A DNA stretch of 64,000 nucleotides from Polyangiales bacterium (GCA_038230375.1 JBBRNJ010000006.1:64001-128000), one strand, 5' to 3'; numbered from the stretch's first letter, positions 1 to 10,103 are shown. Notes: a model not told the origin generated them from the letters alone. A program made the numbers and translations.

Positions 1-1
1 C

Positions 2-1378
2 CAGGAAGTGCGCCTGGAGCTCACGCGCGATCTCGAGCTCCTCACGCCCACCGAGCGCGAGCTGCTCGAGCCCGAGCTCGCGATCATGGAGGAGCTCGAG
101 ACGCGCGTGCGCGCACGGATGAACCCCGCTGGCGGCGGGCAGTCATTTCGTGACGCCGTGGATGCCGAGACCGGAGGCACCATGACGGATCTCTTCCTCG
201 ACGCGCGCGCGCGCCTCATGGGTGACAGGCTCCGCATCGACCTGCCTCCGGGCTCGGGGCCCTCCATCCTGGTGGCTCTGTCGCTCCCACCGTCCCTGGT
301 CGCGGCGCTCCCCGCCTCCATCGTCGGCATCGTCAGCGCCAGGAGCGACGACGATACGAAGCACGGCACAGGCGACACGTCGCACGCGGCCATCATCGCG
401 CGGAGCCGCGGTATCGCGCTGGCGTTCGTTGGCACCGAGGTGACGGACGCCATCCTCCACGACGAGACCATCATCCTGGATACGACCGAGAGCTCTGCCC
501 GCGTCTGGACCGACCCGAGCGAGAAGCTCCTCGCAGAGGCCATCCAGAAGCGCGATGCGCGCGCCGCGGACGAGGCGGCGCATGTCGCACGCGCGGAGGA
601 GCTCGGTCAGAGCGTGCGCGTGACGGTGCGCGTGAATGTCAGCCACATCGACGAGCCGCTGCCAACGCAGGCGCGCGGGGTCGGCCTTGTGCGCACCGAG
701 CTCTTGTTTGCGGCGCGTCGCGCGGAGCCCAGCATCGAGGAGCAGGCGGCGGCATACCGATCGATCGTGTCGCGCGCGCGTGGGTTCTCGGTCACCATCC
801 GGCTGTTCGATGCAGGCGGCGACAAGCCCCTCGCGTGGTTGCCCTCCACCGATCCGGATGCGCGCGGCGCCGCACTCCTCCTGTCGCACGAGGCCGTCCT
901 GCGCGCGCAGCTCTCGGCCATCGCCGCCGCGCGCGATTCGGGAGACGTGCGCGTGCTCATCCCGCTCACGCGCAACGCCGCGGATGTTCGCCGTGTGCGC
1001 GCGCTCGCCCCCCCGGGCCTCCTGGTCGGCGCCATGCTGGAGACCAAGGACGCCGTGGAGCAAGCCTACGAGATCGCGAAGGACGCTGATTTTCTGAGCA
1101 TCGGCACGAACGACCTCACGGCGTCAGTGCTTGGTGTTGCGCGCGCCGACGCAGGTGATGGACTGTCGCCCGCCGTCTTCGCGGCGATCACCCGCGCGAT
1201 CGCTGCCGCACGCGCACATGGTCGCGAAATTTCGGTGTGTGGTGAGCTCGCCGCGCATCCAGAAGGAGCGCCCAGGCTGGTGGATGCTGGCGTCTCTGCG
1301 CTGAGCGTGGCGATCCCGGCGTTCGCACGTGTCGTCACGCTGGTCTCGGAGAAGATCCCCGGAGGAGGGCACGTATGA
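2..1378 (+). CDS. PEP-protein phosphotransferase (PTS enzyme I family), 5' end probably outside the window
   Basis: Phospho-His motif TSHAAIIARSRG, plus GVGLVRTELLF, DAGGDKP, FLSIGTNDLT and VCGE. The frame is open back to the window edge. Confidence 0.9.
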   Translation, partial: QEVRLELTRDLELLTPTERELLEPELAIMEELETRVRARMNPAGGGQSFRDAVDAETGGTMTDLFLDARARLMGDRLRIDLPPGSGPSILVALSLPPSLVAALPASIVGIVSARSDDDTKHGTGDTSHAAIIARSRGIALAFVGTEVTDAILHDETIILDTTESSARVWTDPSEKLLAEAIQKRDARAADEAAHVARAEELGQSVRVTVRVNVSHIDEPLPTQARGVGLVRTELLFAARRAEPSIEEQAAAYRSIVSRARGFSVTIRLFDAGGDKPLAWLPSTDPDARGAALLLSHEAVLRAQLSAIAAARDSGDVRVLIPLTRNAADVRRVRALAPPGLLVGAMLETKDAVEQAYEIAKDADFLSIGTNDLTASVLGVARADAGDGLSPAVFAAITRAIAAARAHGREISVCGELAAHPEGAPRLVDAGVSALSVAIPAFARVVTLVSEKIPGGGHV

Positions 1379-1650
1379 AGAAGATCCTGGTTGCATGCGG
1401 CACGGCCATTGCCACTTCCACTGTCGTCGCGAAGAAGCTGGAAGAGATGCTCAAGGCGCGCGGCATCGACGTGAAGATCGATCAGTGCAAGGCCTCCGAG
1501 GTACCAACCCGCGCCGCCGACTACGACGTCATCGTGTCGACCACGGAGGTCACCGGAACCGGCGGAAAGCCGCTCGTTCGTACGCTGTCGTTCCTCACCG
1601 GAATCGGCATCGACGCGGACGTCGAGAAGATCGCCGGCCACCTCACGTGA
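1375..1650 (+). CDS. PTS sugar transporter subunit IIB, galactitol (Gat) family
   Basis: MKKILVACGTAIATST phospho-Cys loop; 91 aa; GGAGGAGG SD and ATGA overlap with the EI stop. Confidence 0.9.
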   Translation: MKKILVACGTAIATSTVVAKKLEEMLKARGIDVKIDQCKASEVPTRAADYDVIVSTTEVTGTGGKPLVRTLSFLTGIGIDADVEKIAGHLT

Positions 1651-2048
1651 CCCTGCCCATGGTGCACCGGACGCCACGCCTTCGCGCGCTCGGCGAGGAC
1701 GCAGTCCTTGTCGTGCTCCCCGTTCTGCTTCTCGGGGTCGCATCGCCGTCGCCGTGGCTCTGGCTCCTGTGCTCTGCGGGTGTGTGCGTGCTTGCGTTCA
1801 ACGTAGCAACGCTGCATTTTCCGCGCGAAATCGCGCTCGACGAAGAAGGCATTCGCTTTCGCGCGTATGGTCGCGAGCACCACTATGCGTGGCAGGCGAG
1901 TCGCGTCCGCGTGCGCCGCTTCCTCGTGCGCGACCGCGTGCTCCTCCGCGTGGAAGACGTGAAGAGCGGGCGCAGCCACCGCTACTGGCTGACCACGCAG
2001 CTCTCCGACTACGACGCCCTGGTCCGCGATCTCGTCAGCCGAACGTGA
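1647..2048 (+). CDS. Small membrane protein (2 TM plus beta-rich, PH-like cytoplasmic domain)
   Basis: GTGA overlap with the IIB stop; two hydrophobic segments followed by EIALDEEGIRFRAYGREHHYAW. Confidence 0.65.
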   Translation: MTLPMVHRTPRLRALGEDAVLVVLPVLLLGVASPSPWLWLLCSAGVCVLAFNVATLHFPREIALDEEGIRFRAYGREHHYAWQASRVRVRRFLVRDRVLLRVEDVKSGRSHRYWLTTQLSDYDALVRDLVSRT

Positions 2049-3030
2049 GCGCGCCCAGCGTCTTTGCGACGTCGCCGCCGCGCCAGACGATCTCGTTGAT
2101 CGCGAGAAGGAGCGGGAGACCCGTGATGCTGCGCTCCTCCGCGAAGCGCGTTGCGGTGGCGATGGCCGCGTAGCCTTCCGTCAAGAGGCCAGCCGCGAGC
2201 ATCTCTCTCGCGACCTTCTCTGCGGGCTCGCCACGACCAATGCGCTCACCGAAGGCGCGGTTTCGTCCTGCCGCCGCTGTCACGTGTAGATCGCCCACGC
2301 CCGCGGCGCCGTGAACGGTGTCCGCGCTGCCACCCGAGGCCAGCACGATCTTCCGCATCTCGGCGATGGCCTGCGCGAAGGAGGCGGCACGCGCGTTGTG
2401 CGACTCCGCGCCCACGAACCCGTCCCACATGCCAATGCCCGTGGCGTACGCGTTCTTCAGAGCCGAGCAGAGCTCCGCACCAGCGATGTCGCTCGTGGGG
2501 GTGACGAGCAGGGTCTTGCCTGCGAGCGCGTCGGCGCAGAAGCGCGCGTCGGGGCCCGCGAAACACATCCAGGTGAGGACGTCGCGCGCGACCTCCATGG
2601 CCTTTGCGGGACCTGCTGCGTGCACGTAGCGCGGGTCGCGGCCGAGGATCTCACCGACCACGAGATCGATCCGCTCCATCTTCTTCGCGCGGTTCTCGAG
2701 AATGCCCTTGGTGACGGAGAGAATGGGCACGTTCGGCATGAAGGGCGCGGCGCGCCGCATGACCTCGGCGATGCCATCCGAGTTCACGCCGCACACGACG
2801 AGCTCCGCGGACCGAAGCGCCTTCTCCAGCTCTCCGATGTCGTGGCCATGCACCGTGGTGATCCCGTCGAGCGTGAGCTTGAGGCGTGGGTGAGGCTCGC
2901 CACGCTCCACGGGGTCGAGCATGGGATCGTCCAGCCACGTGCCCCAGAGCGTGACCTCGTGGCCACGCTTTCGCGCCACGGTCGCCATCGCGGTTCCCAT
3001 GTATCCTGCACCTAGTACGGTCACGCGCAT
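2035..3030 (-). CDS. gpsA: NAD(P)H-dependent glycerol-3-phosphate dehydrogenase family protein (GpsA-like)
   Basis: GAGYMG Rossmann motif, VTKG, ALKNAYA, GDLHVT, GRNRAFG. Confidence 0.8.
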   Translation of the reverse strand: MRVTVLGAGYMGTAMATVARKRGHEVTLWGTWLDDPMLDPVERGEPHPRLKLTLDGITTVHGHDIGELEKALRSAELVVCGVNSDGIAEVMRRAAPFMPNVPILSVTKGILENRAKKMERIDLVVGEILGRDPRYVHAAGPAKAMEVARDVLTWMCFAGPDARFCADALAGKTLLVTPTSDIAGAELCSALKNAYATGIGMWDGFVGAESHNARAASFAQAIAEMRKIVLASGGSADTVHGAAGVGDLHVTAAAGRNRAFGERIGRGEPAEKVAREMLAAGLLTEGYAAIATATRFAEERSITGLPLLLAINEIVWRGGDVAKTLGALTFG

Positions 3031-3077
3031 GGCTCGTTGCTAGAGCATTTTCGCGGCCAGCGCCACGGCCCCGACGG

Positions 3078-5006
3078 CTACGGCGCCTGCTTGCGGTCAC
3101 CAGGTCGGTCCAGCGCCGGGGCACGGAGTCCGCGTGGCGCAAGCAAGACCGACGTCACGCTCGCCCCCGCGGCGCAGATCATCCCGAGAAAGGCGCGGTC
3201 GCCGAGCCACGGTGACGCGATGCTTGCGGCGAGAAAGAACGCGGCCGGAAGGTAGTACAGGCGTCGCAGCGTCAACGCGGAGACGGCGGCCACAGTGGCG
3301 AGGATGATCTCGTCGATCGAGATGATCTCCGAGAATTGACGCGCAGCGAGCACGCCGACGGTCCGGTTGATGCCGACGAGGGTTATCGCAGTGACCAGCG
3401 TGAAGCCCATCTGCCTGTTCACGCGGTTCGCGAAGAACGAGGCCCGGAAGCGGTAGAAGACAGTGAACACGACTGCCGAGCCGGGCAGCATCGCGAGCGA
3501 GATGAGGCGCGGTGTCAGCTCGAAGAGGCCAAGCATGCGGACCGTGACGACGCCGACGACCGTGAGCATGAGCACGACGGCGGCGAACCGTACGCCCCAC
3601 GCACGCTCGCGCGTCGCGACCGCGTCGTCCATGTCGTGCTCGATGAGCTTCAGGCGTTCGCGGTCCGCTCCTTCGCGCGCAAGGGCCTCGCGCAGCGACT
3701 CCAGGCTGGCCGTCAGCGCGTCCGGCGGCTCCGAGAGCTCCAGCAGAAGGGCCTCTGCTGCGGCCAGGTTCCGCTCCGATATCTCGAACGTAGCCATCTG
3801 GAGAAGCGCCTTGCCCAGTCCGTCGCGCGCGGCGGCGCATCCAGGCCAGTCGCAGAGCGCCTGCTCGAAGGCGAACCGGCACTCGTAGAAATGAGCGTGC
3901 GCGCGCGCGCGATCTCCCCCGCTCGCTGTCGCGCGCGTGAGATCAGAGAGGCGCGCGACCCCCGTGCGTGCGAGCTCGGCCGCCGCGCGGTTTCGCTCCG
4001 CCTGCGCGAGTCCCTGGCCCAGCGCCGCCGCGCTGGAGAATCTGCGCTCTCGATCCGGGCTCATCGCGCGGACGAGCACGCTCGCGATCTCGTCCGGCAC
4101 ATCGCTGCCATAGACGGGCGGCGTTGACGCCGTGATGGAGGCGAGGACGTCGGGGAGGCGCTCCTTGTCGTGCGGCGGCTTGCCCGTGAAGCACTCGTGC
4201 AGCGTGGCGCCCACCAGGTAGACGTCCGTTCGCTCGTCCATGCCGGCTTCCGCGGGCGTGAGCATCTCCGGCGCCATGTACGCGAGCGTCCCGCAGATGG
4301 CGTCGGCGCGTTGCGGCTCTCCCTTTCGCATCGCGATGCCCCAGTCGAGAAGGTAGACCTCGCCGAACTCGCCGATCATCACGTTGGCCGGCTTGACGTC
4401 ACGATGCACGATGCCCCGGCTGTGCGCGAATGCAAGCGCATCGCATACGCGCCTCCCGACCTCCAGGATCAGCGCCATGCGGTCGCCACCGGCTCGCGCC
4501 CATGCTGGGTGGTCGGGCCGCGCGAGGATCGCATCGAGCGGCGAGCCCTCGACCTTCTTCATCAGCATCAGCGGTCGACCGTTCGTGTCGCGTCCGAGCG
4601 CGTGCACCGGGACGATGCTCGGGTGCTCCAGATATCCGGTGTAGACCGCCTCGCGCAGGAGCGCCGACATCACGCCCGGGTTCGCGCCGTCATGAGGGCG
4701 CTTGAGCGCGACCTCGCGCTGGAGCGAGCGCTGCTTCGCGAGCACCACGACGCCCATGCCTCCCTGGCCGAGCGTCGCGCCAAGGGTGAGGTCGCTCTGG
4801 TCCGCGTCCAGGTCCGCCACGGAGAGCAGCGGGAGCGCCCGCGCGTCCACGCTCTCGGGCCCCACGAGCGGCACTGCCACGGGCAGCGGGATCGCGGGCA
4901 GCGTGGCCGCCAGCACGCCGACCGTGGCGTCGAACGGCAGCGCGGGGCCTTGCGCCTCGATGGCCGCCTGCGCTGCGGCGACGATCGCGTCTTTGGGCGA
5001 GCTCAC
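3078..5006 (-). CDS. Ser/Thr protein kinase with C-terminal multi-TM region
   Basis: LGQGGMG, VALK, HRDVKPAN, DWG, GTLAYMAPE; several hydrophobic helices at the C-terminus. Confidence 0.95.
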   Translation of the reverse strand: MSSPKDAIVAAAQAAIEAQGPALPFDATVGVLAATLPAIPLPVAVPLVGPESVDARALPLLSVADLDADQSDLTLGATLGQGGMGVVVLAKQRSLQREVALKRPHDGANPGVMSALLREAVYTGYLEHPSIVPVHALGRDTNGRPLMLMKKVEGSPLDAILARPDHPAWARAGGDRMALILEVGRRVCDALAFAHSRGIVHRDVKPANVMIGEFGEVYLLDWGIAMRKGEPQRADAICGTLAYMAPEMLTPAEAGMDERTDVYLVGATLHECFTGKPPHDKERLPDVLASITASTPPVYGSDVPDEIASVLVRAMSPDRERRFSSAAALGQGLAQAERNRAAAELARTGVARLSDLTRATASGGDRARAHAHFYECRFAFEQALCDWPGCAAARDGLGKALLQMATFEISERNLAAAEALLLELSEPPDALTASLESLREALAREGADRERLKLIEHDMDDAVATRERAWGVRFAAVVLMLTVVGVVTVRMLGLFELTPRLISLAMLPGSAVVFTVFYRFRASFFANRVNRQMGFTLVTAITLVGINRTVGVLAARQFSEIISIDEIILATVAAVSALTLRRLYYLPAAFFLAASIASPWLGDRAFLGMICAAGASVTSVLLAPRGLRAPALDRPGDRKQAP

Positions 5007-5057
5007 GCCGGGATCATACCGTCACGCGCGCGCTCGCGTTCGAGAAAACAAGCTCGA

Positions 5058-5803
5058 TTCTCGCTACGTGCGCAGTGCAAGAACGCCGCGGGAGCGACGG
5101 CGACGACGGAGCTGGACGCCGTGGGCAGCTGTCAAGGCGACATCATGAACATCCATGGTGCGCTTCACTGCAACAAGGACGGCACCATTCCGCCGGGCGC
5201 GTACCAGTCGACCTGTCCGTACGCGTGGACCGACTCGGGAGGGGGGCTTTCGGCACGCTGCAATAGCCCACGGCACACGTCCCCCGCGTTCTCTGCGTCG
5301 GTCCCCAATTTTCGGCAGTGCGTCGGCGACATCTTCGCCTTCATGCGGCGTGCCCGGGCGGCGGCGGTGGCATATCGGCGATCAACGTCGCGACGTGCAC
5401 CCAACCCATCGACAACGCCAGCGGGTACCTTCGCTGCGGTCCCGCCAGTCCCACACCCACGGTCACCGTCTCGCAGGTCGTGAGCTCGACGCTCGCGAAG
5501 GCGAAGGCGGACATCCAGGCAGCGGGCCTCACGATCAAACACATGGACAGCTCCTGCGGCGGCCAGCTCGACGGCTCGTCGGTCGACATCACCCGCTGCG
5601 TTCCTCCGCCCGTCACCGACACCGCCGGCCCGACGTGCTCGGCGACGTACATGACCCTCTGCGCGATCTGCCCGGGCGAGATCTCCGGCGACAAGAAGAG
5701 CCAGTTCGCCGGCTACTCGTGCGCCTCGGAGTCCGACACCATCGATGCGCTCCAGCAGCAATTCGTGAACTGCACAGTCCAGTCCGGCGCCTGCGCCTTT
5801 TAG
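5058..5803 (+). pseudogene. Fragmented Cys-rich secreted protein with CVNH-like repeats; 5'-truncated, frame break near 5335
   Basis: Three similar units LxAxC...C.GDI.N..G.L.C lie in two frames (LRAQCKN...SCQGDIMNIHGALHC; PPGAYQSTC...LSARC...QCVGDI; then LHAACP...TCTQPIDNASGYLRC). No start codon or signal peptide precedes unit 1. Confidence 0.6.
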
Positions 5804-5867
5804 CGACAGCGCGCCGCGTCTCCGGCGCATGCGGCGTTGCAGAGTTCCGCGTCGATGCGAGTCCCGG

Positions 5868-6278
5868 TCAATCGCCGGCGCTCGCGTCGGACGCGGCCTC
5901 CGCGGTGCTGTCCGCACTCCCGTCGACGCTCACGATTGCGGCGTCGCTATCACTCGCATCGGCTGCGTCTGGACACGGCGTCGCGCCGAGGCAGCCGCTG
6001 GTCACGTTGCACGACCAGCTGGTGCCATTGCAGCTGCAGGTCCACGTTGTTGGACAACCCGGCGGGCACGTGGGGGTCATCGTGAACTGACACGCGGTGC
6101 CGGCGCTGCAGGTGCCGATGGGGAACTCTCGGTCGCACTGCGGTGGCGGAGGGCCCGAATCCCGCTCCTGGTTGCCTGAGAAATCCGTGGACCGAACCGT
6201 CGCGCTCGAACACGCGTACGAGATGCACGCAACCGCGAGTGCAAAGCCGAGGCGCGACGATCTGCGATGGTGCATCAT
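5868..6278 (-). CDS. Cys-rich lipoprotein
   Basis: Signal/lipobox LAVACISYAC, CSCNGTSWSC domain, acidic DA-rich tail; ATGA overlap with the upstream gene. Confidence 0.7.
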   Translation of the reverse strand: MMHHRRSSRLGFALAVACISYACSSATVRSTDFSGNQERDSGPPPPQCDREFPIGTCSAGTACQFTMTPTCPPGCPTTWTCSCNGTSWSCNVTSGCLGATPCPDAADASDSDAAIVSVDGSADSTAEAASDASAGD

Positions 6279-6802
6279 GGAGGCTGACAGATGGTGCTGG
6301 CATCGTGTGAGCCGTTCGCTGCATCGGCGCCGGTGTCTGGTGTGGCGTCTGCGGAGGCGTCTCCTCCAGCGTGTGTGGGCGCGCATACGTGACCCACGGT
6401 GCACTGCGCGGTGCTCGTGCAGCGCGAACCGTCGGCCAGGCCGCGCGGGCGGCAGAGGCCCTCGATGCATTCTTGATCAGTCGTGCATGTGGCGTCGGTC
6501 GCGCAGGTCGCGAAGCACGCAACGCCGCCATAGCTGTTCGGTGATGCACACACGGTGCCGGCGCCGCAGACGCGCGGGTCCCCATCGGTGTATTCGACGC
6601 CGTGCTGGTCACTGCATCCCGTCGCTTTGCGCGTGACGATCGCCGTGCCGTCGGCGGTGCATGCCTCCGTCGCGGGAAACTTGCTCGGGAGCTGGGTGTA
6701 CTCGTCACACTTGCCAGATCCAGGGAGGCACCCCACCGCCACGCAGAGGCCGAGCGAGCTCATGCCGAAGACCCACCCCAGACTCGCTCCCCCTCGCGGC
6801 AT
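6275..6802 (-). CDS. Cys-rich lipoprotein (start uncertain)
   Basis: LGLCVAVGC lipobox-like sequence and multiple CxxDxxC modules. Confidence 0.65.
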   Translation of the reverse strand: MPRGGASLGWVFGMSSLGLCVAVGCLPGSGKCDEYTQLPSKFPATEACTADGTAIVTRKATGCSDQHGVEYTDGDPRVCGAGTVCASPNSYGGVACFATCATDATCTTDQECIEGLCRPRGLADGSRCTSTAQCTVGHVCAPTHAGGDASADATPDTGADAANGSHDASTICQPP

Positions 6803-6882
6803 CACAGGGAAGGATGGTGCCTTGAGGCGGCGGAAGCAAGTGACAGCCACTGACATGCTGGAAGCACCAGCGCGCGGCGCGG

Positions 6883-7083
6883 TCAGGGCATGGAGTAGGT
6901 CGGCGCGCTCATGTTGTCGTGCTTCCTCGCGGCGTCGCCGATCTTGTCCGCGGTGTGGTGGAAGTGCAGCGCCTGCTCGGTGAAGCCAGGCGCGCCCGCG
7001 CCCATGTGCGTGCACATCGCGCCCATCTGTTCGGAGAAGCCCAGGCGCCCCGCTGCGCCTTCGATCCCTGCGCACGCAACCAA
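6883..7083 (-). pseudogene. Internal fragment of a probable helical cytochrome c-like protein
   Basis: AAGRLGFSEQMGAMCTHMGAGAPGFTEQALHFHHTADKIGDAAR resembles, from memory, a myxobacterial family that ends in CxxCH. Here both the N-terminus and CxxCH are missing. Confidence 0.45.
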
Positions 7084-7141
7084 TTGTTCACGTCACGCAT
7101 CCAGAGCCGTGGGTCTCCAGCTTCGTAAACGCTGTACTGAG

Positions 7142-7218
7142 TGGCGCGCCACAGAGGATTCGAACCTCTGACCTTCGGCTTCGGAGACCAACGCTCTATC
7201 CAGCTGAGCTAGTGGCGC
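7142..7218 (-). tRNA. tRNA-Arg(CCG)
   Basis: GCGCCACTAGCTCAGCTGGATAGAGC...CTCCGAA anticodon loop...GGTTCGAATCC...GTGGCGCGCCA; CCA is encoded. Confidence 0.97.
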
Positions 7219-7256
7219 AACGCGAGGAAACATACTGCATGGTAGGCTCGCCGTCG

Positions 7257-8507
7257 ATGCCTCCTGCGGGCGACGCCGTAAAAAGAAGCCTCAGTTTGGA
7301 AGACGTCGCGGACTACCTTCTCGAGGTGGGGTCCACGCTCGCTTCTTGCGGCTGCCCCTCGTATCGGCTGGAAGACACGGTGCGCGCGATCGCCGAGCTC
7401 GAGGGCGTCCACGCCGAGCCCTTCGCGCTGCCCACCGGCTTCTTCCTCTCCATCAAGGCTGACGGCTCGGATGCGCCGCCGGTCGTCCGCATGACGCGCG
7501 TCGAGGAGGGCGGCATGAACCTCGGCCGTCTCGTCGCCGTCGATCGCATCTTCAACGACGTGGCCGATCGCAAGACCAGCATCGACGAGGCGCGCGTCCG
7601 CCTGCGGTCACTCGCCAAGTCCGAGCAGCCCTACCCCCGCTTCGTTCGCTGGGCCGCCATCACGTCGTGCTCCGGCGCCGCGGCCGTCTTCTTCGGCGGC
7701 GGGCTCGTCGAGGTCGTCGCCGCGATGCTCACTGGCATCGCGATCTATGCGTTCGGAAGCGTCGTGAGCAGGCTCCCGTCCGGCAGATTCGTCGTGGATT
7801 TCTTCGGCGGATTCGTTGCTGCATGCGCCGCTGCGCTCGCCACGAAGGTGCGCCCCACGATCGCGTACGAGGTCGTCGTCCTCTCCGGCGTCATCACGCT
7901 CATCCCCGGCATGAAGTTCACGACAGGCCTCGCGGAGCTCACGAAGAAGAGCCTGGTCTCCGGCGGCGCGCGCCTCGCGGATGCCATGGTCACGTTCCTA
8001 TCCATCTCCTTCGGCATCGCGCTCGCCATCGGCGCGCAGCAGGTCCTCCATCTCTCGCCCCCCACGGCCACAACGCGCGAAGGCCTGGGGCTCTTCGCCC
8101 ATGCGATCGCGCTGGTCGTCTCTTCCGTCGCGTTCGGCGTTCTGTTCGCTGTGCCCCGCACGTACATCTGGGGCGCGCTCGTCAGCGGCGCCGTGGGCTA
8201 CACCGCGACCGCGCTCGCCACCCGTATGCTCTCCGCGCACATCGCAGCATTCATCGCGGCGCTCGCCGTATGCCTCCTCGCCAACGGCCTGGCGCGCACC
8301 ACACGCCGCCCCGCCCAGCTCTTTCAGGTGCCAGGAATGATGTTGCTCGTGCCTGGCAGCTTCGGCTTTCTCTCGCTCGGCGACTTCCTCTCGGGGGACA
8401 TCCAGAGCGGCGCGACGAAGGGCTTCCAGATGGTGCTCATCGGCGGCGCGCTCGTGATGGGCGTGCTGCTCTCCAACCTGATCTTGCCGTCGCGCAAGCT
8501 CTTGTAG
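7257..8507 (+). CDS. Threonine/serine exporter family protein (fused ThrE + ThrE_2)
   Basis: GCPSYRLEDT, TLIPG and LLVPGS motifs; about 10 TM helices. Confidence 0.9.
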   Translation: MPPAGDAVKRSLSLEDVADYLLEVGSTLASCGCPSYRLEDTVRAIAELEGVHAEPFALPTGFFLSIKADGSDAPPVVRMTRVEEGGMNLGRLVAVDRIFNDVADRKTSIDEARVRLRSLAKSEQPYPRFVRWAAITSCSGAAAVFFGGGLVEVVAAMLTGIAIYAFGSVVSRLPSGRFVVDFFGGFVAACAAALATKVRPTIAYEVVVLSGVITLIPGMKFTTGLAELTKKSLVSGGARLADAMVTFLSISFGIALAIGAQQVLHLSPPTATTREGLGLFAHAIALVVSSVAFGVLFAVPRTYIWGALVSGAVGYTATALATRMLSAHIAAFIAALAVCLLANGLARTTRRPAQLFQVPGMMLLVPGSFGFLSLGDFLSGDIQSGATKGFQMVLIGGALVMGVLLSNLILPSRKLL

Positions 8508-8534
8508 TTTACACGTATCGACGTGTCTGGCAGT

Positions 8535-10103
8535 TCAGCGGCGGTGATGGCCAGTTGCGCTGGGCACGGCACTGGGCACGGCACTGGGCGCGGCACTGGG
8601 CGCGGCGCTGGGCACCACGCTTGGCGGCGGTGTCGGCGTGAGGGCGGGCGCGCTGGTCAGCGTGGTCGTGGCGCCTGTGAGCGGCGTCGTGGGCGGGGGG
8701 GCGACGGTCTGCACCGTGGTGCTCGAGCCCGACGTTCGCTGCGCGCCTTTTTCCTGGAGCGCGCGCATGCCGACCAGGAGCCCGACGCCAACACCCACCG
8801 TGAGGCCCACCACGGACAGCGCCATCTTCAGGTTGTTGCGGTTCGGCGCGGGCGTCTGCACGAGGCCCATCTGCGTGTTGGGCGCGGCGATCGCAAGCTG
8901 GCCCTGCGCCGCGCCTTGCGCGTGCATGGGTATGGGGGGCGGAAGCGCCGGACCACCAGGCGATGGCGTGGGTCCGCGGCTGTAGAGCGCAGGCGGCGGC
9001 GGCAGCTGCGACGGGCTGATCGGCAGCGGAGGCGTGACGACCGCGACGTTCGATGCGCTCTGCACCAGCTCCGGGATCTTCTGTGCTTCGCGCTTGCTCT
9101 CGGGGCCGTCGTCGCCGTCGACGCTGATCGACGCGATCGACACGCGCTCGATCTGCTGCATGACGCGCGCGCGCGCGTGGATCTTGTCGCCGGCGATGCG
9201 ATCGACCCAGGCGCCGATCTCGCGCACGGTCGCCGGCTGCATGGCGCGCTCGAGCTGGATGGCCATCTCACGCGCGTTCGACCACCGATGCTCCGCCTCG
9301 CGGTCGAGGCCCTTCATGAGCACCTCGTCGACGGAGCGCGGGATGTTGGGCACCACCTGGCTGGGCGGACGGATCGGATCGCTGACGACGGCCTGCGCGA
9401 TCGCCTCGAACGAGTCGCCCTGGAACAGCCGCTCGCCCGTGAGCGCCTGCCACAAGCAGACGGACGCACCGAAGATGTCCGCGCGCAGATCCACGTGACC
9501 GCCGACCAGCTGCTCCGGCGCCATGTACGCCGCCTTGCCCTTGATCAGATCACCCTTGGTCTCGGTGCGCTTCGCGGTGGCCTTCGCAACGCCGAAGTCC
9601 AGCACGCGCGTGACGCCGTCAACACCGACCATGATGTTCTGCGGCGACACGTCGCGGTGGACGAGGCCAAGCGGCTTGCCCTTCTCGCTCTTCGCCTCGT
9701 GCGCGGCATGCAGACCTTCCAATGCGCCGCACATGATGCCCACGGCGATCCGCGGCGGCATCTGTTCGCCCATGCGCTTGGCCACGCGCACCAGACGCGA
9801 GAGCGTCTCACCGTGCACGTAGTCCATCACGAGGAGGATCTCCTCGTTCAAGGACACGACGTCCAGCGCCGGCACCACGTTCGGGTGGCGCACGCGGGCG
9901 GCCAGGCGCGCTTCCTCGAGGAACATCTTCACGAAGTCCGGGTCGCCGGCGAGCTCCGGCAAGAGGCGCTTGATGGCGACCGGGCGAGAGAAGCCGACCT
10001 GCCCGAGCAAGCGCCCGTAGTGCACCGTCGCCATGCCTCCGGCGGCGATCTCTCCGTAGAGAGCGTATCGCCCGTAGACCTGACTATCTTCGGTGCCCGA
10101 CAT
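8535..10103 (-). CDS. Ser/Thr protein kinase, single TM, Pro/Ser/Thr-rich tail
   Basis: IAAGGMA, VAIK, HRDVSPQN, DFG, KGKAAYMAPE; 12-bp PSA[AV] repeats at about 8560-8620. Confidence 0.95.
   Translation of the reverse strand: MSGTEDSQVYGRYALYGEIAAGGMATVHYGRLLGQVGFSRPVAIKRLLPELAGDPDFVKMFLEEARLAARVRHPNVVPALDVVSLNEEILLVMDYVHGETLSRLVRVAKRMGEQMPPRIAVGIMCGALEGLHAAHEAKSEKGKPLGLVHRDVSPQNIMVGVDGVTRVLDFGVAKATAKRTETKGDLIKGKAAYMAPEQLVGGHVDLRADIFGASVCLWQALTGERLFQGDSFEAIAQAVVSDPIRPPSQVVPNIPRSVDEVLMKGLDREAEHRWSNAREMAIQLERAMQPATVREIGAWVDRIAGDKIHARARVMQQIERVSIASISVDGDDGPESKREAQKIPELVQSASNVAVVTPPLPISPSQLPPPPALYSRGPTPSPGGPALPPPIPMHAQGAAQGQLAIAAPNTQMGLVQTPAPNRNNLKMALSVVGLTVGVGVGLLVGMRALQEKGAQRTSGSSTTVQTVAPPPTTPLTGATTTLTSAPALTPTPPPSVVPSAAPSAAPSAVPSAVPSATGHHRR

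Noticed and set aside
5320..5345. Programmed frameshift in the lectin-like gene
   Set aside because: There is no slippery heptamer and part of a repeat is missing, so deletion is the better explanation.
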